The notes under the pieces were generated by a model, which was not told the DNA's origin, ran no database searches, and saw only the letters and a program-made list of their open reading frames with translations. Both the position numbers and the translations under genes were made by a program. 48,833 nucleotides of DNA, from assembly GCA_913048495.1 (NCBI GenBank), contig CAJWWA010000001.1, positions 1-48,833 on the forward strand, read 5' to 3'. Positions 10,361 to 20,109 of the stretch are shown in pieces (the stretch's first letter is position 1; every line of letters starts with the position of its first letter). Source of the DNA: an uncultured Halieaceae bacterium (GTDB lineage Bacteria > Pseudomonadota > Gammaproteobacteria > Pseudomonadales > Halieaceae).

Positions 10361-10954
10361 CTAGACCCGGCGCGCGCGCAGCGCGGTCAGGTGGTCAACG
10401 ATGTACTCGAGGCGGTCGCTGCCCCAGAACAACTCTTCACCGATCTGCACGCTGGGCACCCCGATCAGCCCGAGCTCCTGGGCCTCGGCCCAGTTGTCGT
10501 CGAGCACCTTCAGCTTTTCCGCGTCTTCCCAGGCGGCCCGTGTCTCGCCGGCGTCGAGGCCGATGCCGGTGGCCACCTCGACCAGGACATCCTCCTCACC
10601 GATGTCGCGACCCCCGGCCCACTCGGCGCGCATGATCTCGACAATCCATTCCCTGAGAAGGCCGCGCTGCTCGGCAAGCAGGGAGACCGCACCCGCGCGG
10701 GTGGGGTCGGTCGTGATCGGCGGCGGGTTCATGGGGATGCCCATCTTCGCCGTGATGCGGCGCACATCCTGCCGCGTCAGCGGCACCTTGACCTTGGCCC
10801 GCTCCGGCGAGGAGCGGCCCGACCAGCCCCCCAGCGGGCGCCAGTGCAGGCGGATATTGAATTGGTCGAAGGCAGGCAGGAACGTTTTCGACGCGATGTA
10901 GCAATAGGGGCTGCGAAAGTTGAAAAAAAACTTGAGATCGATGGGTTCGTTCAT
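10361..10954 (-). CDS. 2-hydroxychromene-2-carboxylate (HCCA) isomerase-like protein (DsbA fold, kappa-class GST)
   Basis: FFFNFRSPYCY, GLIGVPS, LFWGSDRL match the NahD-like signature. Confidence 0.85.
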   Translation of the reverse strand: MNEPIDLKFFFNFRSPYCYIASKTFLPAFDQFNIRLHWRPLGGWSGRSSPERAKVKVPLTRQDVRRITAKMGIPMNPPPITTDPTRAGAVSLLAEQRGLLREWIVEIMRAEWAGGRDIGEEDVLVEVATGIGLDAGETRAAWEDAEKLKVLDDNWAEAQELGLIGVPSVQIGEELFWGSDRLEYIVDHLTALRARRV

Positions 10955-10977
10955 GGTCACCTGCCTGTCATGGAGCA

Positions 10978-11017
10978 GAAAGAACGCTCCCCCGCCGCCG
11001 CGCGGCGCCGGGGGAGC
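10978..11017 (-). terminator. Intrinsic terminator-like hairpin after the DUF1329 gene
   Basis: GCTCCCCCG...CGGGGGAGC stem (10986-11017) with an inner CGCCG/CGGCG pairing, followed on the minus strand by GTTCTTTCT. Confidence 0.6.
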
Positions 11018-11035
11018 CAGTCGGCCTGGATGGAC

Positions 11036-12343
11036 CTAGCGGCCGGTAGCGCGCATGTTCTGCACGCTGAACAGTTTCACCGGGTTCAGTTCCGGATCTA
11101 CCTGACCCTTGAACTGCCCGGTGGTGCAGTGCGAGGCCTGCACATCGATCATCGAGAACGCGTCGTCGATGGAGACGCCGGTCCCCTTGTTCTTCGGCAG
11201 GTGGTGGTCCGGATGCGCCTGGCCGATGGTCCAGGACTTCCACAGGTCGCCCTTGCGGTCATAGGTCAGGGTCCGGGGCAGGGTGAAGGTCTGGGCGTCG
11301 ACGTAGTGGACACGCTTGCTGATCGGGTGGTTATCGTCCACCGGGTCCGACTCGAGGACGTAGACCTTGCGCAGCTGCCAGGTAATTTCCGGGAAGCAGC
11401 CGCCCTTGCCGCCGAAGTCGACGAACTGGTAGCCCTCGGGATCCTCGAGATCGGTCGCCAGCTCCATGTCGTTGTGGTTGTAGAACGGGAGCAGGATGTT
11501 CTCGGTGCCCTTGTAGCTCCAGTTCATATCCGACAGGCGGCCGTTGTAACCTTCGAAGTCCTCGATCATCAGGTCCGAGCCGAGGAAGGAGTCGGTGATC
11601 TGGCCGGAGGCCAGCCGGCGCACGCGGCGCTGGAAGCCCAGGTACAGCCAGGTGTTGTCCGCGACCTGGTCATCGTCATGGCGGTGGATCAGCAGCTGCG
11701 TGTTCTTGACGTCGAAGGGCTCGAGCACCTGGACGTAGATGGCGCGGAACAGCTCGGAGGGGTTGTCCTCGAACTCGGGTACCGGCGGCTGGTTCACCCG
11801 GTGCATGTAGTTGAGAAAGTGGAAGTTGAACTTGATGGTCCGTTCCACCTTGCCGGAGTCCATGTCGCGGTAGCGCCAGTAGAACGGGTAGATCGCGGCG
11901 TTGTCGCCCCAGTTGTAGCCGTAGCGGTAGTTCCAGGCGAGCTTCTCCCCCGCCCGCGGGTCGTCCAGGGACGGCTCTTCCGGGAAAGGCCGGCCGGCGA
12001 CAAAGCCATTGATCTGGCCGAGGCTGTCACCCAGGGAGACCTCGCCGACCGCGTCGCGGGTTGCCTGCACGTAGTTGGGGTGAAGGTCGAAGGAGGTGGT
12101 CTCACCGACGGTGATCTCCACCCAGCCGTCCTTGATGTGCTGGTACAGCGCCGGGTCCAGCGCCTCCTTGAACTGGTCGACGTTGCCGGCGGTGACGACC
12201 GTTCCGGGGGTGAGTCCGTCAACGGTCGGCACGCCATCCTCGTAGGGGTAGAAGGAGCGCTCCACGTCTTCCATGGTCGCGGCCTGGGTCGCCGTGGCGC
12301 CGGCCAGCACGAGGCTGGCGGCAAGCAGTGTTTTCCTGAACAT
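11036..12343 (-). CDS. DUF1329-family periplasmic protein (LolA-like)
   Basis: Start reassigned to MFRKTLLAAS with signal peptide; GRPFP...DDPRAGEKLAWNY, WLYLGFQRRVRR, SKRVHYVD, YDRKGDLWK. Confidence 0.85.
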   Translation of the reverse strand: MFRKTLLAASLVLAGATATQAATMEDVERSFYPYEDGVPTVDGLTPGTVVTAGNVDQFKEALDPALYQHIKDGWVEITVGETTSFDLHPNYVQATRDAVGEVSLGDSLGQINGFVAGRPFPEEPSLDDPRAGEKLAWNYRYGYNWGDNAAIYPFYWRYRDMDSGKVERTIKFNFHFLNYMHRVNQPPVPEFEDNPSELFRAIYVQVLEPFDVKNTQLLIHRHDDDQVADNTWLYLGFQRRVRRLASGQITDSFLGSDLMIEDFEGYNGRLSDMNWSYKGTENILLPFYNHNDMELATDLEDPEGYQFVDFGGKGGCFPEITWQLRKVYVLESDPVDDNHPISKRVHYVDAQTFTLPRTLTYDRKGDLWKSWTIGQAHPDHHLPKNKGTGVSIDDAFSMIDVQASHCTTGQFKGQVDPELNPVKLFSVQNMRATGR

Positions 12344-12372
12344 GATGGGTATCTCCCTGTCGTTATCTCGAA

Positions 12373-14349
12373 TCAGAAGCGGTAGCGCAGCGTGACCTGG
12401 AACTCGTCTTCCTGGCTCGCGCTGCCCAGCGGTCCGGCGCGGAAGCGGCCGAGCGGCTCGATGCCGGACAGGCCGACGGAGCCGGACTGCATCGGATTCG
12501 CATGCGCCGGCGACGCCGTGAAGGGCGGGAACGGGTTGCAGCTGCGGCAATCGTCGAAGGACTGGTCGCCCATGTCGTCCCCGACCTTGATGTTGAAGCC
12601 CACAACGAGGCGCCAGTTGTCGTTGATCAGCCAGTCCACGGAGGGCGCAATGGTCCCGGCGCCGGCCTCGTAATCCCAGGCCATGATGACCTGCGGGCTG
12701 ATCGTGTCGGACTTGTACCAGCCCTTGATGAGCAAGGTGGCGATGTAGTTGTCTTCCCAGTTCGGCATGCCCGCGACGCCCAGGGGCCGCTGCTCGAGCT
12801 CGTGATCGAGCACGTGCTCGCCGAAGACCTGGGCGGAGATGAGGAAGGCCCGGGTCCGGTTCAGGAACGGGATGAAGGTGTTGCGGTCCCAGCCGAGGAC
12901 CCAGCGGAACATGTCCGTCTCCGAGTAGAGCTGCGGGTCCAGCGTGTTCTGAATCTCCTCGCCCTGTGTGTAGGCCGCCTCGACCCGGAACACCGACTTG
13001 ATCGGGTCCACGTAGAAGTCCAGGGAGCCGCCGAACAGGTCCACCTCCGGGAAATTCACGTCGAAGGCGATCAGGTGATCCCAGCTGCCGATCTCACCGG
13101 TGAAGGCGTTCATCGCGGGAATGCCGCCGCGCAGTACCGGCAGCTGCTGGAAGTAATGGTAGTAGTTGAGCGAGAAGCCCACGCTCTTGTACACACCCTC
13201 GAGCTTGACGCCGCCCTGCGTGTTGCCGAGTTCCCAGCCGGGCATGTCGACGTCGCGGATGCCGATCACGCCGGGGGCGAAATCCGCCGCGAGCATGCCC
13301 GGGTCATCCGTCAGGCCGATGGCGGCGGCGGGTACGAAGTTCGACACGGTACAGCCATTCTCCCAGCAGTTGTTCATGGCGCGGAAGAACGAGGCCGCGT
13401 CGAGGATGGTGTAGGGGCCGCCCCCTTGGCCCAGGTTGTTCGGCCGGAACTCGTCGAAGTTCCAGACCGCCTGGAAATTGAGGTCGTCAAAGCCCCCGAC
13501 CGCGCCGAAGCGGTATTCGGCCGTCGCCATCCACTGCGGAATGCGGATATCCTCCAGCTCGTCGTAGATGTTGTGGCGCTGGTAGTCCACCGGGTTGATG
13601 ATGTCGAGCACCCGGAACAGGTCCGTGCGGCCCCAGACCACCTGCTGCTTGCCGATGCGCAGGAAGAGTTCGGACATGGTGCCGGTGGGTATGCTGCCCT
13701 CGACGTAGAGCTCGCGAACGAAATCCAGCTGATCGTTGAAGTCGGGGTAGCGCAGGTCGTTGGCGTCGAACTCCATGTAGTTGTCGAGGCCGCAACCGCG
13801 ACTGTCCACGTTGCAGGGACGAACGGGCACACCGATGGTCACGCCGCCGTTGGGGCCGTGGAAGTCCTCGCCGAGCACCTTGAGCCCTTCGTTCGGATTC
13901 TGGGAAACGTCGAAGAGAAAACCCGGGGGGATCGGGTTGCCGGCGGCGGCGCCCGCGTTGCCCAGGATGGAGGCGCCCCAGGGTGAATCTCCGTTGCCGC
14001 CGAAGAGTGCCTGCGCCGTGGTGCTGCCGAAGTTCTCGAAGCTGCGCGGCCCCCCGGCGCTGTCGCCCCACTCGTCGTTGTTGAGGTCGTAGACGGCATC
14101 GTAGGTGGCGCGAAGCGTGCCGCTGACGCGGAAGTTGGAGAGGCCCATCTTCTTGCCGAATTCCTTGCTGAACTCGAACTGGGCGGTATTTCGGGACTTG
14201 GATAGCCCGAAGCCGTCGCGATAGAACGTGGCGTTCTCGACGAAACCGGCAGTGTCCCAGCGGCCCTGCGCGCCGACTCCCTGTGCGGCCACCGCCGCCA
14301 GGAGCGCCGTCGATGTCGCGACGGCCAGTCTCTTAACGTTATTTTTCAT
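12373..14349 (-). CDS. DUF1302-family outer-membrane beta-barrel protein
   Basis: Signal peptide; VRELYVE...LRIGKQQVVWGRTDLFRVLDIINP.D; C-terminal LRYRF. Confidence 0.8.
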   Translation of the reverse strand: MKNNVKRLAVATSTALLAAVAAQGVGAQGRWDTAGFVENATFYRDGFGLSKSRNTAQFEFSKEFGKKMGLSNFRVSGTLRATYDAVYDLNNDEWGDSAGGPRSFENFGSTTAQALFGGNGDSPWGASILGNAGAAAGNPIPPGFLFDVSQNPNEGLKVLGEDFHGPNGGVTIGVPVRPCNVDSRGCGLDNYMEFDANDLRYPDFNDQLDFVRELYVEGSIPTGTMSELFLRIGKQQVVWGRTDLFRVLDIINPVDYQRHNIYDELEDIRIPQWMATAEYRFGAVGGFDDLNFQAVWNFDEFRPNNLGQGGGPYTILDAASFFRAMNNCWENGCTVSNFVPAAAIGLTDDPGMLAADFAPGVIGIRDVDMPGWELGNTQGGVKLEGVYKSVGFSLNYYHYFQQLPVLRGGIPAMNAFTGEIGSWDHLIAFDVNFPEVDLFGGSLDFYVDPIKSVFRVEAAYTQGEEIQNTLDPQLYSETDMFRWVLGWDRNTFIPFLNRTRAFLISAQVFGEHVLDHELEQRPLGVAGMPNWEDNYIATLLIKGWYKSDTISPQVIMAWDYEAGAGTIAPSVDWLINDNWRLVVGFNIKVGDDMGDQSFDDCRSCNPFPPFTASPAHANPMQSGSVGLSGIEPLGRFRAGPLGSASQEDEFQVTLRYRF

Positions 14350-14410
14350 GGTTTACCCTCTGTGTCGTGGTATCGCACAACGTTGTAATGACGCCGCTGA
14401 CGCCGGTACC

Positions 14411-16822
14411 TCAGGCACCGGCGGGAAGCGCCGCCGACTCTTCTTCCTCCAGGTGGGGTTTCGCCCGGACGATGAAGCCGGGGCGGAAACGGACAATCCA
14501 GGCGGGGACGAGATTGCCCGCCGCCCAGGCGTTGAGAATCAGCATGACCACCAGCAACAGCGCGGCGTCGGCCTGGAAACGGAGCTCCGAAACCAGCGCC
14601 CACATCACCACCCCGCCGATCAGCGCCGTGGCGGTAAAGGCGATGGCCTTGCCGGTGGTGGCGATGGCATTGCGTACCCCGATCTCCAGGTCGCCGCCGG
14701 CGGCCGCCGTCTCTTCACGGACCCGGTCCATCATGTAGATCGAGTAGTCGATGCCGACGCCGATACCGACGGCGATGATCGGTACCGTGTTCACATCGAT
14801 GCCGATACCCACCACGCCCATGTAGGCGTAGGTGGCCACCGTGCAGAAGGTCATGACCATGAACATCAGCCAGCCCGCGTGCAGGGACCAGTAGAACAGC
14901 GTGACGAAGAGGAAAATAATCGCCATGGCCGCGGGGATGATGACCAGGTTGCTCTGGTAGGCGGCCTCGTTGATAGCCGCGGTGACGCCGATGGGGCCGC
15001 CGGCGAGGCGCACTTCCATGCCCTCGACCTGGTTGGCCGGGTCTTCTATCCACGCCTTGGCCATATGGATAGCGCGGCGCAGGGTCTCGCCCTTGTGGTC
15101 CTTGTAGAAGAAGACGATGTTGGCGGTCTGTTCATCCGTGTCGATGAACTCCTTGAGCGCGCCGGGAATCGGGCTCGATGCCATGTAGGCGAACAGGAGG
15201 CCGCCGACATAGCTGGGCTCGTCCGGGATGATGGCCCAGCGCGGATCGTTGTTGTGCAGGATCTGGTTCACCTGCAGCACGAGGTCCGTGATCCCCCGGC
15301 TGCCGCCCATATCCGGGTCCCCGAGCATGTGGTGCTGGAAATCGCGGATCGCGTGCAGCACTTCCGGCCGCTTGATGCCGCCGGGCTCAGCGGTGCGCAC
15401 CACGACGTACATCTCCTCGGAACCGGGGAAGTTGTCGTTGATGTTCTTGGAGGAGACGTTGTAGTCGTGGTCCGGGTAGAGGATCGGCGAGCCAGGCTCT
15501 GACTCACCGATCTGCACCTTCGAACTCAGGAAACCACCGACGGCATAGACCGCCACGGCGAAAAGGATGATCGCGGTGGAGCCCGCACGGCTGATGACCA
15601 GGTTGGCGGCACCGCGGAAGGCGCCGCGCCCGCCGGCGGCCGCCGCGTCACGGGCCCGGGCCATGGGCAGCACGGAGAGCAGGAGCGGCACGGCCATGAG
15701 CACCGTGATGACCACCGTCGACGCCCAGATCGACGCGTAAATGCCGAGCTTGACGTTGATCGGGGAGGAGCCCAGGGCAATCAGCAGCAGGCCGACCGCG
15801 TCGGAGATAATGCCCAGCGTGCCCGGCCGGAACAGCGTTTCGAAAGTGCGGCGGGCGGCATCGTGGTTATCCCTGGCGTGCGGCAGCTCCACGTAGTAAC
15901 GCTCGACGAGCTGGATGCCGTGAGACATGGCCCGCGCGGTAATCAGGAAGGGGATCACCAGGGTCAGCGGGTCGAGGTTGTAGCCAAGCATCGATACGAT
16001 GCCGAGCCCCCAGGTCGCCGAGATCGCGACACCCACCAGGGGCAGGGCGATGCCGTAGATTCGGGTGCGGAAATAGAGCACGAGCAATGCGGTCAGGATG
16101 CCCAGGGTCAGCAGGAAGATCTGCATGATCTGGCCGAGATAGCTGTACACCCAGCCGAGCAGCACCGGTTGCCCGGTCGTGTAGACATCAATGGCGGGCC
16201 CCTCGGCGGCGAGGACTTCGGCCTTGAGTGCGTTCAGTTGATCGAAGATGGCCACGTAGTCGAGCTGGCCCTCGTTGAAGGTCGCCTTGATCAGCGCCGA
16301 CTTGAGGTCCGGCGACACCAGCAGGCCGTAGACCGAGGGGTCGCTCATGACGTCCAGCCGCAAGGCCGCGGCCTCTGCCTCGGTCACCTCCGGGTACAGC
16401 GGGTCGAAGTAGGGCTCCGAGTTCATCGTGCCCATCTCGGTGAGCCAGGTCTTGCGCACCGTGCGGTGCGTCACGCTGCGCACGAGGTTGTGGTTGACCC
16501 CGGGAAGGCTGTCGACACCCTGGGTCAGGGCGTGGATGCGCTCCATGGTCTCGGTGTTGAAGATATCGCCCTCGCGGACGGAAAGGGCCATGACGATGTT
16601 GTTGGCACCGCCGAAGGTGTCCTTCACCTCGTTGTGCAGCTGGATGTAGGGGTGCTCCTGGGGGAGCAGATCGGCAAAGTCCGAGTACATCTGCACGTAG
16701 GGGATACGCGTCGCAAAGAAGGCCGTGGCCAGGAGAATCGCGGCGAGAAAGGTCTTGGGGTGATAGAAGACCCAGACCTCGATGAGGCGGAAGAACCTGC
16801 TGATCACACCGAACTTATTCAC
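14411..16822 (-). CDS. RND/MMPL-family inner-membrane transporter
   Basis: Two repeats of TM + periplasmic domain + TM bundle; DLLPQEHPY...FGGAN, RAMSHGIQ, GIGVGIDYSIY, TTGKAI. Confidence 0.9.
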   Translation of the reverse strand: MNKFGVISRFFRLIEVWVFYHPKTFLAAILLATAFFATRIPYVQMYSDFADLLPQEHPYIQLHNEVKDTFGGANNIVMALSVREGDIFNTETMERIHALTQGVDSLPGVNHNLVRSVTHRTVRKTWLTEMGTMNSEPYFDPLYPEVTEAEAAALRLDVMSDPSVYGLLVSPDLKSALIKATFNEGQLDYVAIFDQLNALKAEVLAAEGPAIDVYTTGQPVLLGWVYSYLGQIMQIFLLTLGILTALLVLYFRTRIYGIALPLVGVAISATWGLGIVSMLGYNLDPLTLVIPFLITARAMSHGIQLVERYYVELPHARDNHDAARRTFETLFRPGTLGIISDAVGLLLIALGSSPINVKLGIYASIWASTVVITVLMAVPLLLSVLPMARARDAAAAGGRGAFRGAANLVISRAGSTAIILFAVAVYAVGGFLSSKVQIGESEPGSPILYPDHDYNVSSKNINDNFPGSEEMYVVVRTAEPGGIKRPEVLHAIRDFQHHMLGDPDMGGSRGITDLVLQVNQILHNNDPRWAIIPDEPSYVGGLLFAYMASSPIPGALKEFIDTDEQTANIVFFYKDHKGETLRRAIHMAKAWIEDPANQVEGMEVRLAGGPIGVTAAINEAAYQSNLVIIPAAMAIIFLFVTLFYWSLHAGWLMFMVMTFCTVATYAYMGVVGIGIDVNTVPIIAVGIGVGIDYSIYMMDRVREETAAAGGDLEIGVRNAIATTGKAIAFTATALIGGVVMWALVSELRFQADAALLLVVMLILNAWAAGNLVPAWIVRFRPGFIVRAKPHLEEEESAALPAGA

Positions 16823-17807
16823 TGGCTAGCTCTCTCCTGGCGTTGGGGCGCGCGGGCATGGAGCGGTCGAGCAGCGCCATGGCGCCGCCGGCACCCGCGA
16901 GCAGGATCCGCCCCGGGCCGAGGAGCTCGACCGCGCGGAAATAGGCGAGTACTTCCGGCGCATTGGCCGGCTTTACCCAGCTGCCGCCGACATACTCGTA
17001 GTACTTGCCGGCGCCGCCGACCGCGACCACGCCGGCATCGGAAGCCTCGATGCGGTAGACCGGCGTGGCGCTGCCCGTCTCCTGGCGCGTCCACTGCCGG
17101 CCGCCGTCCCTGGTTTCCCAGATGACGCCGTCAAGGCCGCCGACCCACCCCGTGGTGCGGTCGAGAAAGTCCGCCGCCATCGGGTAGAAGTCGTTGGGTA
17201 TCGGCGGCAGGTAGTCCCAGCTGTCGCCGCCGTCGCTGCTGGCGACCACGGTGCCGAATTCGCCGACCGCGAAGCCGTGCTCGGCATCGACGAACTTGAC
17301 GCGCGTGAACTGAAGGTCGTCGCCGAGGCTGTCTTCCGTCCAGGCACCACCGGCGACCGGGCGGTGCAGCAGCGTGGCGAAACCGGCGGTCACCCAGAGC
17401 CTTCCCCCCGGGGCACAGTGGATGGAGAGGGTGCTTTCCGGCGTGGGCAGGCTCTCGCCCTGCCAGGTCCCGTCGCCGGTCAGCGCCCAGACGCGGCGCT
17501 CCGAGTCGAGGGCAAAGATCCCGCCGTCGGCACAGGCGGTGACGTCGATGAGCGAGGGCGCGCCGGGCAGTGCATCGCGCTGCCAGCTCTCGCCGCCATC
17601 GCTGGAGACCAGCGCCGCACCGGCGGAGCTGACCACGACCAGCTTTTCTGCCGTGGCGGCGGCCGCCTGCAGCGTGTCGTAGCGCTTTACCGGCTCGGCG
17701 CGATTCGCCTCGACGCCCTCCAAACGCAGCGGCGCTTCGCAGGCGGCAACGCCCAGGAGCGCGAGCAGCGCGCCGGCGCGCAGGATGCTGCAGGCGGCCG
17801 TGCTCAC
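16815..17807 (-). CDS. YCF48-like BNR-repeat beta-propeller lipoprotein
   Basis: Lipobox-like GVAAC; repeated S.DGG.SW/W boxes (SSDGGESW, SSDGGDSW, TRDGGRQW); overlaps both neighbours. Confidence 0.85.
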   Translation of the reverse strand: MSTAACSILRAGALLALLGVAACEAPLRLEGVEANRAEPVKRYDTLQAAAATAEKLVVVSSAGAALVSSDGGESWQRDALPGAPSLIDVTACADGGIFALDSERRVWALTGDGTWQGESLPTPESTLSIHCAPGGRLWVTAGFATLLHRPVAGGAWTEDSLGDDLQFTRVKFVDAEHGFAVGEFGTVVASSDGGDSWDYLPPIPNDFYPMAADFLDRTTGWVGGLDGVIWETRDGGRQWTRQETGSATPVYRIEASDAGVVAVGGAGKYYEYVGGSWVKPANAPEVLAYFRAVELLGPGRILLAGAGGAMALLDRSMPARPNARRELASE

Positions 17808-18595
17808 ACGAACCTCATGGAGAGGCTGCCGAGCTCGTGGTAGCGCACGTTGATCACGTCGCCGGCGGCCACGGCCACCGCCGCGGTCACGCCGCCGGTC
17901 ATGATGAAGGTGCCCGCCGGAATCTCCTCGCCACGCTCACCGAGCATGTTGGCCAGCATGGCCACGCTCGCCGCGGGGTTGCCGAGCACGGCGGCGCCGG
18001 TGCTCATCTCGACGATCTCGCCGTTCTTTTCCATCACGACGCCGAGCGTTGTCAGGTCCGTGGCATCGACCGGCAGCCGGCGGCCCCCGGTCACGAAGCG
18101 CGAGGACGAGCTGTTGTCGGCGCAGACGCTGACCAGGTCGAACTTGAAGTCGCGGTAGCGGGAGTCGATGACCTCGACGGCGGGCAGGATGAAATCCGTC
18201 GCGGCGAACACATCGGCCACGTGGCAGCCGGGGCCGCGCAGCGGGGCCTTCGTGACGAAGGCGATCTCCGCCTCGACCTTCGGGTGGATCAGCTTCGCCG
18301 TGTCGATGGCGGCGCCGCTCTCACAGCTGAAGTAATCGGCGAGGAAGCCGTAGCAGGGCTGCTCGACACCCATCTGTGCCATCTTCGCCCAGGAGGTGAG
18401 CCCCATTTTCATGCCGACGATGCGGTGGCCGCGGCTCTCCTTGCGACGGCGGATCTCCCACTGGATGTTGTAGGCGTCCTCGTAGTCCATGGCCGGGTAG
18501 TCGTCCGTGATCTTGACGACGTCCCGGGCCTCGAGCTCCGCGTTTTCCAGGTGCTCCGCGAGCGTGTCGACCGTTGCTTTATCCAGGGTTGCCAT
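17804..18595 (-). CDS. dmpH: 4-oxalocrotonate decarboxylase
   Basis: GMKMGLTSWAKMAQMGV, LIHPKVEAEIAF, EVIDSRYRDFKF, ADNSSS. Confidence 0.92.
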   Translation of the reverse strand: MATLDKATVDTLAEHLENAELEARDVVKITDDYPAMDYEDAYNIQWEIRRRKESRGHRIVGMKMGLTSWAKMAQMGVEQPCYGFLADYFSCESGAAIDTAKLIHPKVEAEIAFVTKAPLRGPGCHVADVFAATDFILPAVEVIDSRYRDFKFDLVSVCADNSSSSRFVTGGRRLPVDATDLTTLGVVMEKNGEIVEMSTGAAVLGNPAASVAMLANMLGERGEEIPAGTFIMTGGVTAAVAVAAGDVINVRYHELGSLSMRFV

Positions 18596-18607
18596 GCGCT
18601 AGCCTCT

Positions 18608-20068
18608 TCAGATCTTGATGCAGATGTTCTGTAGCTCGGAGTAGAACTCGAGCGAGTGGACGCCGCCTTCGCGGCCGATACCGGACTGCTTGCAGCCACC
18701 GAAGGGAGTGCGCAGGTCGCGCAGGAACCAGGCATTCGCCCAGGTGATGCCGGCCTCGATGCGGGGCGTCACGCGGAGAATCCGCGACACGTCCTGGCTC
18801 CAGATGGCGGCGGCCAGGCCGTAGGGCGTGTCGTTGGCGAGCCGGATCGCCTCCTCCTCATCGTCGAAGGGCTGGATGTGGCAGCAGGGGCCGAAGATTT
18901 CCTCGCGGACGATGCGCGAGCTCTCGGGCAGGCCGGTCCAGATCGTGGGCTCGACCCAGGCGCCGCCGGCAAGCTCGCCGGGCATGTCCGGCACGCCGCC
19001 GCCGAGGACAACGTTGGCGCCCTCTTCCTTTGCCAACTCGTAATAGGAAAGCACCTTACGCTGGTGCTCGTGAGAGACGAGGGGGCCCATGTCCGTCGCC
19101 GGGTCTTCGGGGCGCCCGAGCCGGTAGCGACCGGCCGCCTCCGCCAGGCGGGAAACAAACTCATCGAAGATCGGGCGCTCGACGTAGACGCGCTCCGTGC
19201 CCAGGCACACCTGGCCGCAGTTGGCGAAGACGGAACGCAGCGTGCCCTCGATGGCGCGGTCCATGTCGCAGTCGGCGAAGACCAGGGCGGGGTTCTTGCC
19301 GCCCAGCTCGAAGGAGACATCGCGGACGCCGCTGGCAGCAGCGCGCATGATGGCCTCACCGGTGCGCGTTTCCCCGGTGAAGGTAATGGCGTCGACACCG
19401 CGATGCTGGGTCAGGAATTCTCCCGCCGAGCCGGGCCCGAAGCCGTGAACCACGTTGAAAACGCCCGCCGGCACGCCGGCCTCGTTCATGACCTCGCCGA
19501 GCAGTGCGGTGGTCGTGGGCGTTTCCTCCGAGGGCTTGACGACCACCGTGTTGCCGCAGGCCAGCGCCGGCCCGACCTTCCAGGTCATCAGCAGCAGCGG
19601 CAGGTTCCAGGGGCTGATAACGCCGATCACCCCCTTGGGCTTGCGCACGGCGAGGTTGTAGGCCCCGGTGCCGTCGGGCGTCTCCATGTGGAACGCTTCC
19701 GTGGGCACGTTGCGCACGGCATCGGCGAAGACGCGGAAATTCGCGGCGCCGCGGGGAATGTCGATGTGGCTGGCAATACTGTAGGGCTTGCCCGTATCGA
19801 GGCACTCCGCCTCGAGGAAAGCGTCGAAGCGCTTGTCGATCCCGTCCGCTACCGCGTGGAGCACGTCCGTGCGCTGCTGGGAAGGCATCCGGGCCCACTC
19901 GCCGTTCAGTGCCTCCCGGGCGGCCGTTACGGCGGCATTGATCTCTTCCTCACCGCCCTCGTGAACCACGCCGATCTTCTCGCCGTTACAGGGATTGATG
20001 TTGTCGAAGGTGCGTCCCAGGGAGGACTCCCGGTACTCCCCCGCGATGAAATGCTTTACCTGGTCCAT
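18608..20068 (-). CDS. dmpC: 2-hydroxymuconic semialdehyde dehydrogenase
   Basis: Start reassigned to MDQVKHFI (486 aa); HIDIPRGAANF, PWNLPLLLMTWK, ELGGKN, NCGQVCLGTER, WFLRDLRTPFGG. Confidence 0.95.
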   Translation of the reverse strand: MDQVKHFIAGEYRESSLGRTFDNINPCNGEKIGVVHEGGEEEINAAVTAAREALNGEWARMPSQQRTDVLHAVADGIDKRFDAFLEAECLDTGKPYSIASHIDIPRGAANFRVFADAVRNVPTEAFHMETPDGTGAYNLAVRKPKGVIGVISPWNLPLLLMTWKVGPALACGNTVVVKPSEETPTTTALLGEVMNEAGVPAGVFNVVHGFGPGSAGEFLTQHRGVDAITFTGETRTGEAIMRAAASGVRDVSFELGGKNPALVFADCDMDRAIEGTLRSVFANCGQVCLGTERVYVERPIFDEFVSRLAEAAGRYRLGRPEDPATDMGPLVSHEHQRKVLSYYELAKEEGANVVLGGGVPDMPGELAGGAWVEPTIWTGLPESSRIVREEIFGPCCHIQPFDDEEEAIRLANDTPYGLAAAIWSQDVSRILRVTPRIEAGITWANAWFLRDLRTPFGGCKQSGIGREGGVHSLEFYSELQNICIKI

Positions 20069-20109
20069 GGATTGCTCAAGTCCTGGTGAATGATTGGGGC
20101 GGGCGATGC

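Noticed and set aside
12530-12550. CRSC in DUF1302 as a heme-binding site
   Set aside because: Followed by Asn, not His; more likely a loop disulfide.
14361-14386. TGTG...CACA and ACAACGTTGT palindromes upstream of DUF1302
   Set aside because: Short, not repeated elsewhere in the window and without a clear promoter.
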